Source: Eledone cirrhosa
Lineage: Eukaryota
Length of the DNA: 64,000 nucleotides
Direction: 5' to 3'
Assembly: GCA_964016885.1 (NCBI GenBank)
Contig: CAXHJY010000427.1
Coordinates: 17,325 to 81,324 of the forward strand
The notes under the pieces are model-generated. The model was not told where the DNA came from. It made no database searches and saw only the letters and a list, made by a program, of their open reading frames with translations. The position numbers and the translations under genes were made by a program. Every line of letters begins with the position of its first letter. Positions within the stretch are counted from its first letter, which is position 1. Of the stretch, positions 59,087 to 64,000 are shown piece by piece.

Positions 59087-59535
59087 ACAATATATTAATA
59101 AATGGAAACTATATTTATAAAACCATACTCATCCCACTATATATACTTCAAGGGCGACCAAGGTAAATTATGGCGCGCTTTCATCAGATAAAATACAGAT
59201 TTGTTTTATAAATAAATATTGACATACCCGGAAAAAAGACAACCTCAACGGTTGAAATTCGCTGGATACTCCACTAAACTGTTGAGTGCTTTATATCAGT
59301 TATACAATTTTTTAAGCTTGTTGAATCCCAACAAATTAAATATAATCTTTGCATATATATATATATATCCTGGAGCTTCCAACAGTAATGGTTGCATTTT
59401 TTAAGGGTATGTCAATATTTATTTATAAAACTGATATATTTTGTATTTTGTCTGATGAAAGCATACCATAATTTAACGTGGTGTCCTTGAATTATGTATA
59501 ATAAAATAAATATGGTTTTATAAATATAGTTTCCA
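59085..59535. mobile_element. Family A fold-back element with two degenerate hammerheads
   Basis: Inverted arms ~59103-59229 and 59405-59535, each with CTGATGA and a mutated GAAA; same tail as 2982-3010. Confidence 0.72.
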
Positions 59536-60367
59536 AGAGCTCATCCATCGGGCCCCTACTCTTTCTAATATTGTCACACTCTAGTATATATATGAGATGG
59601 CTGCAAACTCTGCTAAGAGTATTGCAATCGTTTGTCAGATTATAGAGTTTGGTGCACTTTTAGGCTACAGCCATCCACACGAACCTGTAACAGATCTTGA
59701 ACAAGCAATGCCTGTGCTTTGAAGGTTTTTTTAAAGCGGGGAAAGGCCTTGCACTCGACCAATCCCACTCTCTGAACATCGAAAACACTACCCGAAAAGG
59801 AGAACAGGTCAACATCATTGGATGCTTCCGAAGCCGCAGGTTTTTTTTTTCAGTTTCGCTCTCCTAGAAAGGTGTTGTGACAACAACTGGAGGCCTTTCA
59901 CTCCCAGCTGAAAAAAAAAAAGTACTATTTGGATGGCCGTTGACTCTGCCGAGTTCCTCCGCCCTTTTCCGGGTCTTGTATTTCATCCTGCAGGGTGTCC
60001 AAATATCGCCCTTTTCACCAGAAGAGCAACCAGAGACAAAGCATGAGTGAGAGCCAAAATAAAATACTAGGGGATGGGGTAAGAATGACACCCAGTTTAA
60101 CGCCATTTTTTACGAGCATACATCACACCATACCCCGACTGACATTCACTCATGATTCTATTTCATCGTAAAAGAATTTAGTTATCGATACACACGGGTC
60201 TGGAAGAGGGAGCTTCCAGAATATTTTCCACGAGGAGGCGATATTTCAATGTATGGAAGGCTTTCGTTAGATTAATAAAAATGCAAAATGTAAACAGAAA
60301 TCACAAAGCAAAATACAGAGTAGCACGAAATATATTAGCTTAACGCTTGATGTAGTACGAAGAGAGT

Positions 60368-60401
60368 CTTTACGTTTCGGATACTAGTCCTTCATCAGAA
60401 G
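60368..60401 (-). ncRNA. Ultra-minimal hammerhead (Penelope pLTR type)
   Basis: Minus strand CTT-CTGATGA-AGGA(CTAGTA)TCC-GAAA-CG-TA-AAG; short stems. Confidence 0.6.
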
Positions 60402-60553
60402 GTAGGATGAGTAGTAGAATGAGAAATAAAAGATAGAGAGTGAGAAGAGGAAGGATCAGGGAAAAAATGAAAGAAAAAAACAAACGTGCGTATCATACAT
60501 ATATTTATATACATATATATACATATATATTTGTATATATATATATATATATA

Positions 60554-62232
60554 TGAATATAGACATAGAATATTCGAAAATATTCTGTATGTTTATAATA
60601 AACATTTTGAAGACCTAATCGCTATAGAATAGAATACGTCACGTATTACAATTAGATTCTCGATAAAAGCAAGGGAAGTAAGTCTACGCGTTTCATTCTT
60701 GTTAGAATTCATCAGGACTACATATCCAGTGCTTTTATCGAGAATGACACAGCTAGAGACTTATAGAATACTTAGCTGTGTACAGGAACTGGTTTGAAAG
60801 AGCGGTTGCCGGTCCGGCAGAAATTAGAAATTGGAATAAATGCTCTGAAATAGCGATATATATGTGAATATAGACATAGAATATTCGAAAATATTCTGTA
60901 TGTTTATAATAAACATTTTGAAGACCTAATCGCTATAGAATAGAATACGTCACGTATTACAATTAGATTCTCGATAAAAGCAAGGGAAGTAAGTCTACGC
61001 GTTTCATTCTTGTTAGAATTCATCAGGACTACATATCCAGTGCTTTTATCGAGAATGACACAGCTAGAGACTTATAGAATACTTAGCTGTGTACAGGAAC
61101 TGGTTTGAAAGAGCGGTTGCCGGTCCGGCAGAAATTAGAAATTGGAATAAATGCTCTGAAATAGCGATATATATGTGAATATAGACATAGAATATTCGAA
61201 AATATTCTGTATGTTTATAATAAACATTTTGAAGACCTAATCGCTATAGAATAGAATACGTCACGTATTACAATTAGATTCTCGATAAAAGCAAGGGAAG
61301 TAAGTCTACGCGTTTCATTCTTGTTAGAATTCATCAGGACTACATATCCAGTGCTTTTATCGAGAATGACACAGCTAGAGACTTATAGAATACTTAGCTG
61401 TGTACAGGAACTGGTTTGAAAGAGCGGTTGCCGGTCCGGCAGAAATTAGAAATTGGAATAAATGCTCTGAAATAGCGATATATATGTGAATATAGACATA
61501 GAATATTCGAAAATATTCTGTATGTTTATAATAAACATTTTGAAGACCTAATCGCTATAGAATAGAATACGTCACGTATTACAATTAGATTCTCGATAAA
61601 AGCAAGGGAAGTAAGTCTACGCGTTTCATTCTTGTTAGAATTCATCAGGACTACATATCCAGTGCTTTTATCGAGAATGACACAGCTAGAGACTTATAGA
61701 ATACTTAGCTGTGTACAGGAACTGGTTTGAAAGAGCGGTTGCCGGTCCGGCAGAAATTAGAAATTGGAATAAATGCTCTGAAATAGCGATATATATGTGA
61801 ATATAGACATAGAATATTCGAAAATATTCTGTATGTTTATAATAAACATTTTGAAGACCTAATCGCTATAGAATAGAATACGTCACGTATTACAATTAGA
61901 TTCTCGATAAAAGCAAGGGAAGTAAGTCTACGCGTTTCATTCTTGTTAGAATTCATCAGGACTACATATCCAGTGCTTTTATCGAGAATGACACAGCTAG
62001 AGACTTATAGAATACTTAGCTGTGTACAGGAACTGGTTTGAAAGAGCGGTTGCCGGTCCGGCAGAAATTAGAAATTGGAATAAATGCTCTGAAATAGCGA
62101 TATATATGTGAATATAGACATAGAATATTCGAAAATATTCTGTATGTTTATAATAAACATTTTGAAGACCTAATCGCTATAGAATAGAATACGTCACGTA
62201 TTACAATTAGATTCTCGATAAAAGCAAGGGAA
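60554..62232 (-). repeat. 311-bp tandem array, left arm (5.4 units, hammerhead sense on minus strand)
   Basis: GAATATAGACATAG recurs at 60555, 60866, 61177, 61488, 61799, 62110; units look identical by eye. Confidence 0.97.
60678..60721 (-). ncRNA. Minimal type I hammerhead ribozyme (also at 60989, 61300, 61611, 61922)
   Basis: Exact reverse complement of the motif at 62518-62561. Confidence 0.9.
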
Positions 62233-64000
62233 TGAAACGCGTAGACTTACTTCCCTTGCTTTTATCGAGAATCTAATTGTAATACGTGACGTATTCTATT
62301 CTATAGCGATTAGGTCTTCAAAATGTTTATTATAAACATACAGAATATTTTCGAATATTCTATGTCTATATTCACATATATATCGCTATTTCAGAGCATT
62401 TATTCCAATTTCTAATTTCTGCCGGACCGGCAACCGCTCTTTCAAACCAGTTCCTGTACACAGCTAAGTATTCTATAAGTCTCTAGCTGTGTCATTCTCG
62501 ATAAAAGCACTGGATATGTAGTCCTGATGAATTCTAACAAGAATGAAACGCGTAGACTTACTTCCCTTGCTTTTATCGAGAATCTAATTGTAATACGTGA
62601 CGTATTCTATTCTATAGCGATTAGGTCTTCAAAATGTTTATTATAAACATACAGAATATTTTCGAATATTCTATGTCTATATTCACATATATATCGCTAT
62701 TTCAGAGCATTTATTCCAATTTCTAATTTCTGCCGGACCGGCAACCGCTCTTTCAAACCAGTTCCTGTACACAGCTAAGTATTCTATAAGTCTCTAGCTG
62801 TGTCATTCTCGATAAAAGCACTGGATATGTAGTCCTGATGAATTCTAACAAGAATGAAACGCGTAGACTTACTTCCCTTGCTTTTATCGAGAATCTAATT
62901 GTAATACGTGACGTATTCTATTCTATAGCGATTAGGTCTTCAAAATGTTTATTATAAACATACAGAATATTTTCGAATATTCTATGTCTATATTCACATA
63001 TATATCGCTATTTCAGAGCATTTATTCCAATTTCTAATTTCTGCCGGACCGGCAACCGCTCTTTCAAACCAGTTCCTGTACACAGCTAAGTATTCTATAA
63101 GTCTCTAGCTGTGTCATTCTCGATAAAAGCACTGGATATGTAGTCCTGATGAATTCTAACAAGAATGAAACGCGTAGACTTACTTCCCTTGCTTTTATCG
63201 AGAATCTAATTGTAATACGTGACGTATTCTATTCTATAGCGATTAGGTCTTCAAAATGTTTATTATAAACATACAGAATATTTTCGAATATTCTATGTCT
63301 ATATTCACATATATATCGCTATTTCAGAGCATTTATTCCAATTTCTAATTTCTGCCGGACCGGCAACCGCTCTTTCAAACCAGTTCCTGTACACAGCTAA
63401 GTATTCTATAAGTCTCTAGCTGTGTCATTCTCGATAAAAGCACTGGATATGTAGTCCTGATGAATTCTAACAAGAATGAAACGCGTAGACTTACTTCCCT
63501 TGCTTTTATCGAGAATCTAATTGTAATACGTGACGTATTCTATTCTATAGCGATTAGGTCTTCAAAATGTTTATTATAAACATACAGAATATTTTCGAAT
63601 ATTCTATGTCTATATTCACATATATATCGCTATTTCAGAGCATTTATTCCAATTTCTAATTTCTGCCGGACCGGCAACCGCTCTTTCAAACCAGTTCCTG
63701 TACACAGCTAAGTATTCTATAAGTCTCTAGCTGTGTCATTCTCGATAAAAGCACTGGATATGTAGTCCTGATGAATTCTAACAAGAATGAAACGCGTAGA
63801 CTTACTTCCCTTGCTTTTATCGAGAATCTAATTGTAATACGTGACGTATTCTATTCTATAGCGATTAGGTCTTCAAAATGTTTATTATAAACATACAGAA
63901 TATTTTCGAATATTCTATGTCTATATTCACATATATATCGCTATTTCAGAGCATTTATTCCAATTTCTAATTTCTGCCGGACCGGCAACCGCTCTTTCAA
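62230..64000 (+). repeat. 311-bp tandem array, inverted right arm (at least 5.7 units, runs off the window)
   Basis: Reverse complement of the left-arm unit with the same period; orientation switches at GAA 62230-62232. Confidence 0.97.
62518..62561 (+). ncRNA. Minimal type I hammerhead ribozyme (also at 62829, 63140, 63451, 63762)
   Basis: GTAGTC-CTGATGA-ATTCT(AACA)AGAAT-GAAA-CGCG-TA-GACTTAC: intact core, 5-bp stem II, palindromic stem III, stem I AGTC/GACT extended by a 16-bp outer helix. Confidence 0.9.

Noticed and set aside
60554-64000. 311-bp array as CRISPR, rDNA or tRNA/snRNA cluster
   Set aside because: Units are identical with no spacers and show no recognisable 5S, tRNA or snRNA sequence; the hammerhead explains the conserved structure.

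Overview
AT-rich, microsatellite-saturated animal genomic DNA; the SINE families and repeat landscape suggest an octopus/coleoid cephalopod (inference). The window holds the last four coding exons (hinge + ligand-binding domain) of a minus-strand tailless/TLX (NR2E1) nuclear receptor gene. I could not find the DNA-binding-domain exons, so they probably lie beyond 64000. The introns and flanks contain an apparently intact Tx1/L1-type LINE plus four truncated copies, all in (TATC)n; R4/Dong-type fragments in (TAA)n; RTE and CRE-like fragments; tRNA-derived SINEs; MITEs; and minisatellites. The main unexplained signal is ribozyme DNA. The 311-bp tandem array at 60554-64000 carries a complete minimal type I hammerhead ribozyme in every unit, is a candidate non-LTR retrozyme/circRNA locus, and flips orientation at the ribozyme to form a palindrome of more than 3.4 kb. 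At least seven more solo hammerheads from several unrelated Penelope-like families sit in (TA)n tracts. Many are in fold-back structures whose inversion points lie at or near the predicted cleavage site, and one copy carries a cluster of A-to-G changes resembling a genomically fixed ADAR footprint. All structures were read by eye; nothing was computed or searched.
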